Source: Blepharisma stoltei ATCC 30299
Lineage: Eukaryota > Protista > Ciliophora
Reading direction: 5' to 3'
DNA length: 64,000 nucleotides
Assembly (NCBI GenBank): GCA_965603825.1
Contig: CBFDEM010000046.1
Span: 186,001-250,000 of the forward strand
Shown: one piece after another, positions 1-12,483 of the stretch
How positions within the stretch are numbered: the stretch's first letter is position 1
How the letters are laid out: the number at the start of each line of letters is the position of its first letter
The notes under the pieces: model-generated
Seen by the model: the letters and a program-made list of their open reading frames with translations, nothing else
Databases searched by the model: none
Told to the model about the DNA's origin: nothing
Position numbers and translations under genes: made by a program

Positions 1-140
1 TTTAAATGGGACAGATCCTGATTTTAATCACTAAAAAGAGCTAATAGTGAAGTATGCTGGCTCAGATCCTGTTTAAATGTAAGCCGTTTTAATATTTAGG
101 ATATAATAATTAACGATGATTATTAAAAGTGATTAACTAT

Positions 141-615
141 TTAATTGCTATTATTATTTTCAGAATTATTCTCAATTGATTGGAATTTCTTTGTGTCTGA
201 GGTAATCGCTATCGGCTCAATGCATAATTTTTTTAAATCAAATTTGGATATCCTTGAAATCTGATCAAAAAACAAAAATGCATCATTATAAAAGAAAATA
301 TTAGACAAGGCCAACAGATACCAGAAACTTTTCCATAAAAAGTCCAACTTTTTATGTTATTTTCTTCTGAAGAATAGCAATACATATCACTTGTAACAAC
401 ATAGCATTGATCTTTATAAATAAAAAACATTTTTCATGATTCTTTGTTAATCTCAAAAAGGCTTTCATATGAATTCTTATCAGGGTCATATCTTCATATG
501 TTTCCTAGCTTTCATCCAGAAACCAAAATTTTTTTTTGATATACGATTGTATTTGTTTGAACAGCAGGGAAAGGTAAATTTGCAATTCTTTTTCACTTAT
601 TTTTTCATTAAAGTT
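141..615 (-). pseudogene. 5'-truncated, frameshifted duplicate of the adjacent Kelch-like gene (896-1798)
   Basis: Closely similar to 896-1370 (YKDQCYVV, KVSGICW, RIxKFDL). A 1-nt deletion near 310 splits it between ORFs 233-430 and 141-347. Similarity stops near 615. Confidence 0.75.
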
Positions 616-895
616 AAAACAATTTATATAAAACAGCTGGATCTTCTTAGACTATTTGCCAACGCATGTGGCTAATTTTCCAATCATTCTGCTTTCCTTA
701 AACAACCTGAAATTGAGATGAATGAGACTTTTTCTACTGTATTGAATTTCATTAATTACGGATATTTTTGTTTGCTTTCAAGATATCTGTCTTTTTTCAT
801 TTAAAAGACTTATTTTAGCTTTAATGATCATCTATTTAAGCTCACATGAAAAAAATTATATCTTATATATTTATTATAGACAATTAACAAAAGTA

Positions 896-1798
896 TTAAC
901 TATTTTTATTATTATTTTGAGAATTATTGTTGATTTTAAAGTATTTATTAGTGTCTGAGGTATTTGCAATAGGCTTAATGAGCAATTGATTCAAATCAAA
1001 TTTGCATATTCTTGAGAGATCGTCAAAAAACAAAAAGACTTCATTATAAAAGCAAACATTGGAGAGAAGCCAACAGATACCAGAAACTTTTCTATGAAAA
1101 GTCCAATTTTGTATGCTATTTTTTTCTGAAGAATAGCAATTATAATCACTTGCAACAACATAGCATTGATCTTTATAAATATAAAACATTTTTCATGGTT
1201 CCTTGTCAATCTCAAAGAGGCTTTCATATGAATTTTTATCAGGGTCATAGTTTCAAATGTTTCTTAGCTTTCAACCAGAAACTAAGATTTTTCTTTGATA
1301 TACAATTGTGTTTGTTTGAGTAGCAGGAAAAGGTAAATTTGCAATTCTTTTTCATTTATTTTTTCTTAGGTTAAATTTATCGCTAAAAGATTGAGGGTTA
1401 TTTGGGAACCGTCTACCCCCAAAAACATAAACAAATTTTTCAAGATACACCGGTGTGGCGAAACATCTTGCCCTTCCAGTTTGTAATTTTTCAACAGATA
1501 GATTTTTTATATCTATTAAAAGGCAAATTCCAACGGATTTGTCTGTTTTTGAAATTCCTCCTAAGTAAAATAGCTGAGAGCCATTTAATTGGCATAAAAA
1601 TCCTTGGGTCATTAGGTTCAAAGATACAGGGGTTGGGATTTTTGCACAGATTTTATTATTTTCGACATTGTAAACAAGAAATTCTTTGGAATCTATTGAC
1701 ATTGTACAAAGATGCAAAGGAATTTCAGATATTGAATCAAATTTTGACTGTTCCTCTTCTAGAAGAGGTAATGACTTATACCTATTTCTATTTGCCAT
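896..1798 (-). CDS. Divergent Kelch-like beta-propeller protein (~300 aa)
   Basis: ORFs 1352-1798 and 896-1189 are one frame joined by TGA=Trp codons (e.g. 1352, 1271). Kelch-type motifs LFYLGG, VYVFGG...KFNLRKNKW. Confidence 0.75.
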
Positions 1799-2221
1799 TT
1801 ATTATTTGTTAATTGGAGGGGGAGTGAGTAAAACTATATAGGTCATTATCAAAAACATCAATTAATCTATTAAAACAGTAAGAAAATTAAATTTCGTGAT
1901 CTTTTAGCTAACCTTTAAATTCTTAGACCAATTTTCTTTAAATCATCACAAAATATCTAATTTTTGGCAGCATTAACCCCTTTAAATATTGCATTCAATT
2001 TATTTTTAAAAAAAAAACTACTCCTTTGATAGGATTTGCTATAAATGGGAGGAGATTCAAAATCCTACTTTTTCTTGATTTCCTAGCCATTCTCTTATAT
2101 ATGATTTCCTACTCTAATTTTTATTTAAATTAAAGCACTTAACTTTGGTCTTATGATTCCAACATAATAAAATAAGATTCATGTGAATAGATAAAAACCA
2201 AGAAGTTTATAATAATAAAAA

Positions 2222-2509
2222 ATGATTCCTAGATGGTTCTTGAGATCAAGATTTTGGTTTGTCTGCGGCTTCATGGATGAATATCTGTCAAGAGACGGCA
2301 TGGCTATCGCTATGGCTAGTTTAGTTATGTTCATTCCTGGATATTTATGGGGTGTTCACATCAATCGAGAAGCTGAAGTTCATAATTCGCATCTTAACTA
2401 TCAAATTGAGTTTGGAGCTCGCAGAAATAGACTTGCACACTCACTGATCTTTGAAGAGTTCGAAATGCAGGTAGAACAGTGGCGCAAGTTCACAGAAGGT
2501 GATGCTTAA
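2222..2509 (+). CDS. Small single-pass membrane protein (95 aa), function unknown
   Basis: Clean ATG..TAA ORF, GC-richer than its flanks, with one hydrophobic helix (MAIAMASLVMFIPGYLWGV). Confidence 0.7.
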   Translation: MIPRWFLRSRFWFVCGFMDEYLSRDGMAIAMASLVMFIPGYLWGVHINREAEVHNSHLNYQIEFGARRNRLAHSLIFEEFEMQVEQWRKFTEGDA

Positions 2510-2693
2510 GGCTTAATCTTAAACTAACCAAATTGGTTTAAAATGGTTCAAGAGTATTATTACTTTTAGCTGAAGCTATTTATATAAACAAACGTGAAAT
2601 GAGTAAAGAAATGATGCATTTTTTCAACAAAATATCTTTAGCTGAATACTTGATAAAGAAATTTAATATAAATAATGAATAGAAGATTTTTAT

Positions 2694-3242
2694 TTAACTT
2701 TGAGGTTCTCGTGATGTCAAGCCAATAATTACCATACCACCTATCAATAAATATTTCAAAATTGGATAATCGGCAAGTCATATCGTAATTATCCCTACAT
2801 AAGGTATGTAAAACCAAGTTCTTCCTAAAAGATCTTTTTTCTGTATGAATAACTGCCCAGGCGTGTATAATCCTCTGTCATTAACTTTATTGTTATCTCC
2901 TTTCGTCAATATATAATAATCATCATCTTCTTCATGGAGATTCATAATTCTATGAACTATCGGAATGTCACGGTCACCTAGCTTATAAACAACGACATCT
3001 CCAGGTTGCAACGGAGGGTAATTCCACATCTCCAAAAACAAAATATCTCCTCTGTAATAAGCCGGCTCCATAGACCCACTCAGCACAACTACAATTGGAC
3101 TCTCAGTATTGAAAGAAATCATAAACCCTTTCCAAGTCATCAGTGCTGTCGCTATAACTAAGCAGAGATTGACAAATTGGTGGGAAAACCTTCTTTTGTC
3201 CATGATTTTGAATTCATTGAGTGTGTCTGTCACTACGTGCAT
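2694..3242 (-). CDS. SEC11: Signal peptidase complex catalytic subunit SEC11
   Basis: SPIVVVLSGSMEPAYYRGD, IPIVHR and LTKGDNN motifs. Reading TGA 2778 as W adds the C-terminal TM segment (WLADYPILKYLLIGGMVIIGLTSRE) up to TAA at 2694. Confidence 0.95.
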
Positions 3243-3336
3243 TTATATACGTGGACAATATATAAATTAAAATAAAATCCTATGTTAAATAAAATAGGTT
3301 TTAGTATATGCATAAGGAGAATTTTCTTATGAAAAA

Positions 3337-4026
3337 TTAATAAAATATTGCTTTAGCTGCCATCCATAGAGAACAAGTAAAAACTGGTATTGTGAAATTG
3401 TCGTCTATATAAGGAACTGTAATTAATTCTGATAAAAGTGCTATCACAAATGCAAGTATAAAGTTAATTTCTACTCCAGATATAAAATGATAGATCAATG
3501 CAGCTATAGTACCGCATGTAGCTGCTCCAAGTGATCCTGAAATTGATTTTTTTGATGTGATTTTGGGACCGCCTACGAGAATTCCTATAATTGAAGCAGC
3601 AGGATCGCAAATGCTTACGTTAAGGATGCTCAAAATTACAATATCTCTTTGGGTTGTGAGGTAAACTATGACCATAACTCCAGCTAAGAAAAATAATGCT
3701 GCAGGAGGAGAGTCCCATTGCTCATGAGGCCTTAAAAGCCACTCCCAATGTGAAATAAACCACTCATTTAGGCGTGGAAACACTTTTCTTCTGCAGATAT
3801 CGAAAATAATAAAGCAGATTGTGGGGATTGTAATAAGTCATCTTGCTTGTGTTTGGTCGACGAAATGGTAAATAGCTAAAAACAGCATTCCTGTGGCAAA
3901 GTGCTGAAATCTTCGAACAAGATGCAGACTTTGAGCTACATCTCCTTCTCCATGTCCTATAATTTTGAGAGCTGCGTGAAATCCTATCACAACAGCGCTT
4001 GCAACTAAGATTCAGACCCAGATCAT
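3337..4026 (-). CDS. CTP-dependent lipid kinase family (DGK1/phytol/dolichol kinase-like), 229 aa
   Basis: ATG at 4026 with two TGA=W. Motifs RRFQH, LRPHE, CDPAASIIG, KKSISGS, DDNFTIP; multi-TM. Confidence 0.8.
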
Positions 4027-4949
4027 AATGGTAAATTAATTTAATTAAATAAGTTAGATATAATCAGAAATTTGTATAGCATTTGGATAATGTGCATTAA
4101 CTTATTCATTTGTTTGAAAGATAATTTTTAAATAAAATTTTGATATAAGCAAGTTTATAATTTCAATATCTTAATAAATATGACATAATATTCGGATTCT
4201 TATATAATAACTATATCATCTTTTTTTAAAGATTAAACAAGAACAGTGTTTCTCTCAAAAGCTTAGACAAATATTAAAGCTAAATTATCTTTTTAAGCTT
4301 TTCGCTAGTTTTTAAATTGATATTCTTAGATTTCAAATTATATTTTTCTTTAGTATGTTACCGTTGGCTAAAGGGCTACATATCATTTTAAAAGCTAAAA
4401 TATTTTTTTAATCGTTATATCAGCAACTTCTATTTTCAATTACATGATAGCGCTCACAAGCATCCATGAGTCTGCGTATCAAGTAATTTATCTGCTGAAG
4501 AATTTTTTTTTAATACAAAAATCTTTATGGATTTAAATTTTCATTAAATATTAATCATTTTCCTCCATTAAAGTACTTTCTTTGTTCACGTTGAGTTGTT
4601 TTTCATATCAAAAGTTTGGAATTTTCTCATAGAAAAGTTCAAATCGGAAATTATTCCCCTATATTTTCAGATTTCACCCTTTTCAAAAATAGCTACTTTT
4701 TTAGCTCTTTATTGCTTTTTAATAATATTCCAAGAATCCAGGTTTATTTCTAATTAGCTTGCAAAATCTCTCTGAATATTTGCCCACTGAATCTTTTTTA
4801 ATTATAAATTCAAATTTTCTGGCAATAACTTGATTAAAATTTTCATCACAAAATTCATAAAATTAAATTCTAGATTGCAAAACTAATCAAAGTTTTGATG
4901 CCAAATCTGATTTATCTGTTTAGACTAATAATTTATCATTATCTTAAAT

Positions 4950-5348
4950 TTAGATTTGTGTTCTTCTTGCCAGAATTGAACTTCTTTTGAAATTCAAAAC
5001 AACAGGAGCTTTATCATGGCTATTTCTTGAATTATTCCAAGAATTTTCCGTCGCAGGGTCATTATTTTGTATGTTAGGGACAATTTTTATTAAATTTTTC
5101 AAACAGCCACTTTTTGGCTGATGTTTATCACTGGCAACCCTGCATGGGCTTGGAGTCTTCATATCCATCAAAACCTTAACTAGCTGAGGATGTTGTGCTT
5201 GAAAAGATTTAAAGCTGGTCTGTATATAAGGATAAATCTGAGGGACGTCAAGAAGATTGTGTGTGTCACAAATTGAGTTTTCAATTTGTATTGTGTAAAT
5301 TTCTGTGTCATTGTGTCTTGAGTCTTCAAAAACTGTTTTGCTGTTCAT
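4950..5348 (-). CDS. Hypothetical protein (132 aa)
   Basis: ATG..TAA ORF with coding-like composition; no recognised motif. Confidence 0.55.
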   Translation of the reverse strand: MNSKTVFEDSRHNDTEIYTIQIENSICDTHNLLDVPQIYPYIQTSFKSFQAQHPQLVKVLMDMKTPSPCRVASDKHQPKSGCLKNLIKIVPNIQNNDPATENSWNNSRNSHDKAPVVLNFKRSSILARRTQI

Positions 5349-6297
5349 GATTTGTGTAATTTATATCTCAAGGGTAAATGTGGCAATTGATGGTTATGGA
5401 AAAGTAAAGAATCGCAGTAATGATAATTTAATCTGAATATAGATTTTAGCGTTTGATTTATTGTTAGTGGCTCTTTTCTATATATTCTTTAAGAGTCAGT
5501 AAAAAGAAATCTGGCGCTAAATTGAATTAAGTTAAAAGTGGCAGAAAAATCTTCTGGAAGGGAAGATTTTGTGAGAAGGTGTGGGAGGAGAGGAAATATA
5601 GAAAGCAAAAGAAAAGGATAATTTTTTCAAAAATTGAAGAGTGAACTGGAATATGATCAAAATGATGGGGTTGGCAAGTGCTTATTGGGTATGATAATAT
5701 CAAATATGAATATCAGAAAACAGATCAAGTTTAAATGAGAAGATTGATTTGTTGAAAAAATGAGTAGTCTCTTGCATTATTTATTAGTATTTTGCAGTTT
5801 AAGCAAATATTATAGGAAAAGAGTTTCGCTTAATTAATTATAAAATTGGATGAATTGTGTTGGTTTGGGATTTATTTTAGCTTGACTTAAAAAGTTAAAA
5901 AAATGCAATTGGTGTTTAAATTTGTAAGATTCTTGAAGAAATTTTACCTGAGATAGTGATACTGTTTTTACTGAATATAATTCGCCCTTGTGAAAATTGC
6001 ATTTTTTTAATTTAATCGACTTTTATTCAGTGTGTAAATAGCAAAAAGTACAAATGCATATAATAAGCGAATTTACACAAATTTTTATATGCAAATCACT
6101 TTAAGCTTATATGTGAGAAAAATTAAGCTTAAAATTATTTTAATTGACCAAAATATCACTACAGTGAAATTCAGTATGCATATAGATTGCTTATCCTGCT
6201 GGATTAGAAAATAAAATTATATAATCAAATTTTTTCGAAATATACAAAATCAAAGGCTCGAATTCCGTTAAATTTATTGTTATAATTAATTATAATC

Positions 6298-8526
6298 ATG
6301 ATTTCTTTCGAAACTGAAAGTAGATTAGCTGAACTTCTATATGGCATTTCACAAGGAGAAAACACAGTCGAAATCTTACGTCTCAACCTCTGCAAAAACA
6401 ATGATTTTGAGCCTTATTCTGCTTTTAAACACTTAGACAGGCTTGGTCTCGGTTCCTTATCCAGCAGTGACCTCCGAGCATTTTTAGATCGAAACAATCT
6501 CCAAATATCAGAGCAAGACAGTTATATGATAATTCGACAATATGACTCCAACTCAGATGGACGGCTTTCTCTTAACGAATTCATCTCATTTGTATTGCCA
6601 AGCACCAACGAAACAGTTAGAGAAATCGCCCAGTCACGTCCTACAAAATTATTTTTATCAAATGACGCAGAATATTTGCTTCTCCGTTTATTTGAGGCTG
6701 AAATAGAAAATCAAAGAGAATTAGAAGCCAAAAGAAAAGATTTAGTAGGCAGACCTGACTTTAATTTATTAGAGTGTTATAGAGTTGTTGATATTAGGAA
6801 TTCTCAAACGATAGATAGAGGAGATTTATTTGACTTTTTAAGGAAGCATAATTTTAGGGTATTTGAAAATGATATAGACGCAGTTATTAGAAGAATTGAC
6901 AGTGATGGAGACACAATTATAAGTTATCTTGAGTTTGTAGATTCAGTGCTGCCTGCTGAGCCTGTGCTGAGATCATCTATTCCTTCATCAAGCTTTAATA
7001 GGTCAATTGGATTATCAAATAAAGAAACTAGAAAATCGACGTCACCACTAAGGTCAATTTCTCCTAATAGAAATTCAATTGAAGTTTCATCAATATACAG
7101 ATCATCAGAAAGATCGCCAACTCCTATAAAAAGGCCTGCTTTAAGTGAGTATGAACTTATATCATCACCTAGAAGGGCTGCTTCTCCTCTTCGAAGTACA
7201 CCTTTTAAACAGTCATTAATAAATAGTGAAGTGTTAAAAACTTCACCATTGCGTAGATCGCCATCTCCTCCTAGGGTTTCTCCTTATCGTTCTTCAGTTG
7301 AACCACTTGAAACAGAGTCTTCAATTAGAAAATCAAGCTTAGGGTCTGAAAATATGCAATCAATTAGTAAAATTAGCCCATTCAAGAGCTCTCCTTTGAG
7401 GAATTCTTCATTAACTAGAGAAATCAATGAATTTTCTTATCAGACTCCATTTAAAACTGATTCGTCAATTTCTATGAGCCAGTCTACAAATAGAAGCTCT
7501 CCAGTAAGAAATTCATCTCCAATTAGAAATTCAATAGCTCCTAATGAAGAATATTCATATCAATTGCCAAATAAAGCTTCTCCATGGAAATCATCTTTAG
7601 GCAGCTCATATATAAACGGGTCGAATTTTGAAACTTCAGGAAGGCATTCTCCTCCATCAAGAAACTCAATTTCCCCAACACATTCGTTGAGCATGCCGAG
7701 ATCATTAAAAAAAAATTATTTTGCTGCTAATAGAGATTATGATTTAGGCAAACCCCTAAGAAACAGTGATAATTCTGCCTCAAAAATTTCTTATACATCA
7801 GAAAGTTCATTGAGCTACCAAATAAATTCCATCTCAAAAGAAAACGTTGAAAACGATTTAATTTCCCTTTTTAAAGAACAAATAAAGCTTTCCAGAGACT
7901 TAGAAAGACTAAAAATCGAACTAAGCGACAAGCTCGATTTCAACTTAATTGATGCCTTCCGTATGTTTGACTTAAATGACAAAGGCTCTATAACAGTTTC
8001 AGAAATAGAAAATACTTTAAAAGAACTCGGCCTTCCCATCTTGCAAGATGAAGTCTACCTCTTATCTCGGCACTATTCCAACACCCAAGATACAGTTTTA
8101 CAGTTTTCCGAATTCGCAGAAATGTTTATCCCTAAACAAGAAGAGTATTCCAACGTCTTAAGAAACAGGATTCCATATAATCTTCCTATATCGCAACGCA
8201 AATCAGTGTTTTCACATGGTACTCATGACCTTTATATAAGCGTGCTTAAGCTTCATTTGAAATCTGAAACAATAGCAGAAAGCTTAAGGCAGGATTTATC
8301 GAGGAAAAATTTTAATATTCATGAAGCTTTTCAAGGTGTTGACCAGGATAGGAATGGATTTATTACAATTGAAGAATTAGAAAGGTTTTTGGAATATTAT
8401 AGGGTTCATGTAGATAGGAAAGATGTGGCAGCTTTATTAAATAGATATGACAAAAACAAGGATGGGAGAGTCAGCTATTCTGAGTTTGTGCAGGAAATAA
8501 CGCCTAAGTCTCCAAGTAAGCATTAA
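6298..8526 (+). CDS. EF-hand protein with central Ser/Pro/Arg-rich linker (742 aa)
   Basis: EF loops DSNSDGRLSLNE, DSDGDTIISYLE, DLNDKGSITVSE, DQDRNGFITIEE and DKNKDGRVSYSE, arranged in two internally similar halves. Confidence 0.9.
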   Translation: MISFETESRLAELLYGISQGENTVEILRLNLCKNNDFEPYSAFKHLDRLGLGSLSSSDLRAFLDRNNLQISEQDSYMIIRQYDSNSDGRLSLNEFISFVLPSTNETVREIAQSRPTKLFLSNDAEYLLLRLFEAEIENQRELEAKRKDLVGRPDFNLLECYRVVDIRNSQTIDRGDLFDFLRKHNFRVFENDIDAVIRRIDSDGDTIISYLEFVDSVLPAEPVLRSSIPSSSFNRSIGLSNKETRKSTSPLRSISPNRNSIEVSSIYRSSERSPTPIKRPALSEYELISSPRRAASPLRSTPFKQSLINSEVLKTSPLRRSPSPPRVSPYRSSVEPLETESSIRKSSLGSENMQSISKISPFKSSPLRNSSLTREINEFSYQTPFKTDSSISMSQSTNRSSPVRNSSPIRNSIAPNEEYSYQLPNKASPWKSSLGSSYINGSNFETSGRHSPPSRNSISPTHSLSMPRSLKKNYFAANRDYDLGKPLRNSDNSASKISYTSESSLSYQINSISKENVENDLISLFKEQIKLSRDLERLKIELSDKLDFNLIDAFRMFDLNDKGSITVSEIENTLKELGLPILQDEVYLLSRHYSNTQDTVLQFSEFAEMFIPKQEEYSNVLRNRIPYNLPISQRKSVFSHGTHDLYISVLKLHLKSETIAESLRQDLSRKNFNIHEAFQGVDQDRNGFITIEELERFLEYYRVHVDRKDVAALLNRYDKNKDGRVSYSEFVQEITPKSPSKH

Positions 8527-8850
8527 TTAATTTTAAGCGTCCCTAAAAGATATGTCAAAGTTTATAAGTAAAAGAAATGGACAATATTCATTTTTAAGAT
8601 ATTTAAATCTGCTTCGAAAATGCTTTGATTTCTGTTGGAGTTATAATAAATATTTCAGAAATCCATTTCAAATCGATATTAATATGAAAATGGTGAAAAA
8701 CTAAAATTTATTCTCCCCGTCCCTGTACACAAAGCCTGATATTTCCATCAGCCAAAGGTAAATAATTCCAATAATTTTATCTTTTGAATGCTCATTGGCT
8801 AATTGTGCAGATATTTACGTCATGAATTCGACTTAATATATATTTCTGAT

Positions 8851-10191
8851 ATGCAACTTTTGCTGTTAGTTATTGGTTTTGGAACGGTTTTGGCCGGATA
8901 TGTCCATCCTGAGCAGATTCATCTTTCTTGGACAGAAGAAATCAACCAAATGAGGGTTACCTGGGTAACTTATCTGAATGTCCCAGCACAAGCTGCTTAT
9001 AGGCCAATTTTATGCGGGAATGTTCCAACACCTTCGAACTTCACACTTATCAATGGTGAGACCAAGAAATTCCATGAAGGGAGCCACTTTTGGGAGTACC
9101 AGCACATCCATACGGCAGTTTTTAATAACCTTGATTCTAATTGCTGGTATGAATATAAGGTCAAGAATTTGGGAGTTTGAAGCAAAACTTATATGTTCAA
9201 TGGAAGAACGCCAGATACAAATGCAACGTTTAGAGATGTGAATAATCCGTTTAGCTTGGTGATATTTGGAGACTGGGGAACTGGCCCAAATGGACAATAC
9301 ACTAAGCATTTACTTGGAGAGGAAACATTGACAAGGGACTACTTAGGGATCCTTCACATGGGAGATATTGGATACAATTTAGATAGCGACGATGGTAAAG
9401 TTGGAGATACTTATCTTAACATGGTCGAGTCTATTGCCGCAACTTATCCTTATATGACTCTTCCTGGTAATCACGAAAAGGCTAACAACTTCACTCACTA
9501 TAAAGCAAGATTCAACATGCCAAACAACGGCGCAAACCAAGGCACAAACTATTTCTACTCCTTCAACCTTGGTCCTGCCCATTTCATAATGTACAATACA
9601 AACCCATATTTCGATGATATGAATACAACAGCAGACGCTGATCTCGAAACTCAATGGATTGCTAATGATTTAGCTTTAGCCAATAAGCAAAGAGATATAA
9701 GACCATGGATCATTACATTAGCCCATCACCCTCTATATTGTTCTCAAGACTGGTCTAATGAAGACAGTATAGAAGATTGCGGAGAGCAGCCAGCTGTTCT
9801 TAAGCCAATTTTTGAAGATTTATTTTATAGCAACAGCGTTGATCTTGCGCTTCAAGCACATGTCCACATTTATGAAAGAGACGCTCCAATATATAAAAAT
9901 GAAACGATTCCAAGTCAGTATGATAGCCAGAATATGCATATAAACCCTAATGCTCCAGTTTATATTGTGGGAGGGGCTGCAGGAAATCGCCTTGGGACTA
10001 ATGTACCAGCTTCTAAAACTCCTCAACCGTGGGCTAGGTTTTTAAGCAATGACTATGGGTATGGAAGATTGACGGTATTTAATAAAACCCATATGCTTTG
10101 GGAACAATTCAGTGTTCTTCAGCTCACTGAGATTGATTATGTTTGGATTATCAAAGATCAGGCGAGATACAAGCCAGTTCTTTTAAACTAA
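8851..10191 (+). CDS. Secreted purple acid phosphatase (ACP7-like), copy 1
   Basis: Signal peptide, PEQIHLS, GDWG, GDIGY, GNHE, AHVH. TGA 9178=W joins the two track ORFs. Confidence 0.93.
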
Positions 10192-10578
10192 ATATAATCG
10201 GATTGATTAAAATTTTATAAGTAATTATAGAATTCTTTTAAAAAGGCTAATCAATAAATCAGAATTTTCTTTAAAAATGTGAAGGATTAGCAGCTTTGTT
10301 AAAATTTATCATAGGCTTATAGGATTTCATTTAGATTCTGCAGTAATCATTTTTGTTTTGCTATGAATCTAATTACTGATTATATTATTACTTTGCTTTT
10401 CGTAAAATTTAAAATGGATAAACAAATTGAATTCTAATTTCCTCTCCTCTATACCTATTGATTCAAAAGTCGCCAAATCATATTACATAAAGGTAATTAT
10501 TGAATAAATTTACCTTTCAGACCCATTGTCAATGTGCAGAGATTGACGTCACAAATTGAATAATAAATAATTCTGATC

Positions 10579-11916
10579 ATGAAACTGGTTTTATTCCTGA
10601 TTGGTATTGGGCTCACACTTGGAGGATATATTTATCCTGAACAAATTCACCTATCCTGGACTGAGGAAATAAGCCAGGTAAAGGTCACTTGGGTCACTTT
10701 CTTGGATCTCCCTCCTCAAGCTGCTTATAGACCAATTTTATGTGGGAATGTTCCATCACCTTCAAATTTCACTAATATCAAAGGTGAAACTAAGAAGTTC
10801 CGCGAAAGCAAAATTGGGTATAAATATCAATATATCCACACAGCAGTCTTCGGAAACCTTTTACCAACTTGCTGATATGAGTACAAGGTCGGCAATTTTG
10901 GTGTCTGGAGTAAGACTTTTATGTTCAGTGGGAGAACTCCCGATACTGCTGAGACCTTTGAAACAGTCAATGACCCTTATACCTTAGTTATTTTTGGAGA
11001 CTGGGGGACTGGACCCATTGGACAATACACTAAACATTTACTTGGAGAAGAGACATTGACAAGAGACTATCTCGGAATCCTTCATATGGGTGACATTGCT
11101 TATAACATGGAAGACGAAAACGGCAGGGTTGGAGACACCTATTTAAGGATGATTGAGCCTATAGCCGCCACTTATCCTTACATGACAGCTCCAGGCAATC
11201 ATGACAGTTATGGAAACTTCACCCATTATAAAAACAGATTCAGCATGCCTAACAATGGAGTCAACGAAGGAACCGGCTATTTCTATTCTTTCAACCTCGG
11301 TCCTGCTCATTTCATAATGTACAACACCAATTCTTACTTCAAAGATTATAGAAAAGCGGAAGCAGAAGTCCAAACCCAATGGCTCATTAATGATTTGGCT
11401 GAAGCTAACAAGCAAAGAGACATAAGGCCATGGATTATTGTGTTAGCCCACCATCCTTTATATTGCTCTCAAGACTGGTTTGAAGAAGGAAGCCAAGAAG
11501 ACTGTGGAGAGCAGCCTGCTGTCCTTAAACCCATTCTTGAAGATTTGTTCTACAGTAACAGTGTAGATCTCGCAATGCAGGCGCATGTCCATAACTATGA
11601 AAGAGATGCTGCAATATATAAAAACCAAACAATTCCTAGCCAATATGATGGACAGAATATCCATATAAATCCAAATGCGCCGATTTATATTACGAGTGGG
11701 AATGCAGGAAATTATCTTGAGCATAATGACCCAGCTTCAACAACTCCTCAGCCATGGGCAAGGTTTTTAAGCAATGATTATGGCTATGGAAGATTGACGG
11801 TCTATAACAATACTCATCTGTATTGGGAGCAGTTTAGCGCTACTGCGCTTACTGAGATTGATTATGTTTGGATTGTGAAAGATCAACCAAGATATAAACC
11901 ATCTCTTATTAACTAA
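10579..11916 (+). CDS. Secreted purple acid phosphatase (ACP7-like), copy 2
   Basis: Tandem paralog with GDWG, GDIAY, GNHD, AHVHNYER. TGA 10873=W. Confidence 0.93.
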
Positions 11917-12039
11917 GTTATTGATTAAATTGAGAGATTATGTGCTCAGTTATATTTTTTTACTAGAATAATAGCTCATTTACGTTATAAATTAATTATA
12001 AAAAAATCTCCAAAATTTTTATTAATATATTAAAAATAA

Positions 12040-12483
12040 TTAATTGCCTCTGTTTTCTAGTTGTTTGAAAATCGAAAGCCTTTTATTCCCTGGCATATTT
12101 TCTATAAAACCATTCCTTGAGCATTTTGCATCAATATCGGGTGAATTATCTCTATGTTTGAATTGGCATCGATACCCATAAATACAATACCCGAGCTCAA
12201 AAAATTGTTTACATTTTTTTGTTTTGTAATTTTTGGTTGCATGGCCGCGCAATCTTAATTCTGAGTCGCCATGGGCAAATGCACATCGACTACCGAATTC
12301 ACAGATTCCAGCTTCCCAGTTCTTGCATCGTTCTGTTTTGTATTTAATTTTGAAATCATTGTCAGTCTTTTTAGGAGAGAGTTCTTTGAGTACTCCATAG
12401 GACATTAATGATTCTTCTAGAAAATTAAGAGTAGCGTCGTAAGGGAGGAAGGCAGGCTGCAAGAAATCTGTATGCCACGACAT
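12040..12483 (-). CDS. Tandem CCCH zinc-finger RNA-binding protein (TIS11/ZFP36-like)
   Basis: KYKTERC-x7-C-x5-C-x3-H and NYKTKKC-x8-C-x5-C-x3-H. Confidence 0.9.
   Translation of the reverse strand: MSWHTDFLQPAFLPYDATLNFLEESLMSYGVLKELSPKKTDNDFKIKYKTERCKNWEAGICEFGSRCAFAHGDSELRLRGHATKNYKTKKCKQFFELGYCIYGYRCQFKHRDNSPDIDAKCSRNGFIENMPGNKRLSIFKQLENRGN

Noticed and set aside
12-71. Direct repeat CAGATCCTG at 12 and 63
   Set aside because: Only 9 bp at the window edge, with no context to interpret it.
4444-4498. Possible C/D snoRNA (ATGATAG...CTGA)
   Set aside because: Imperfect C box, no terminal stem and no recognisable guide sequence.
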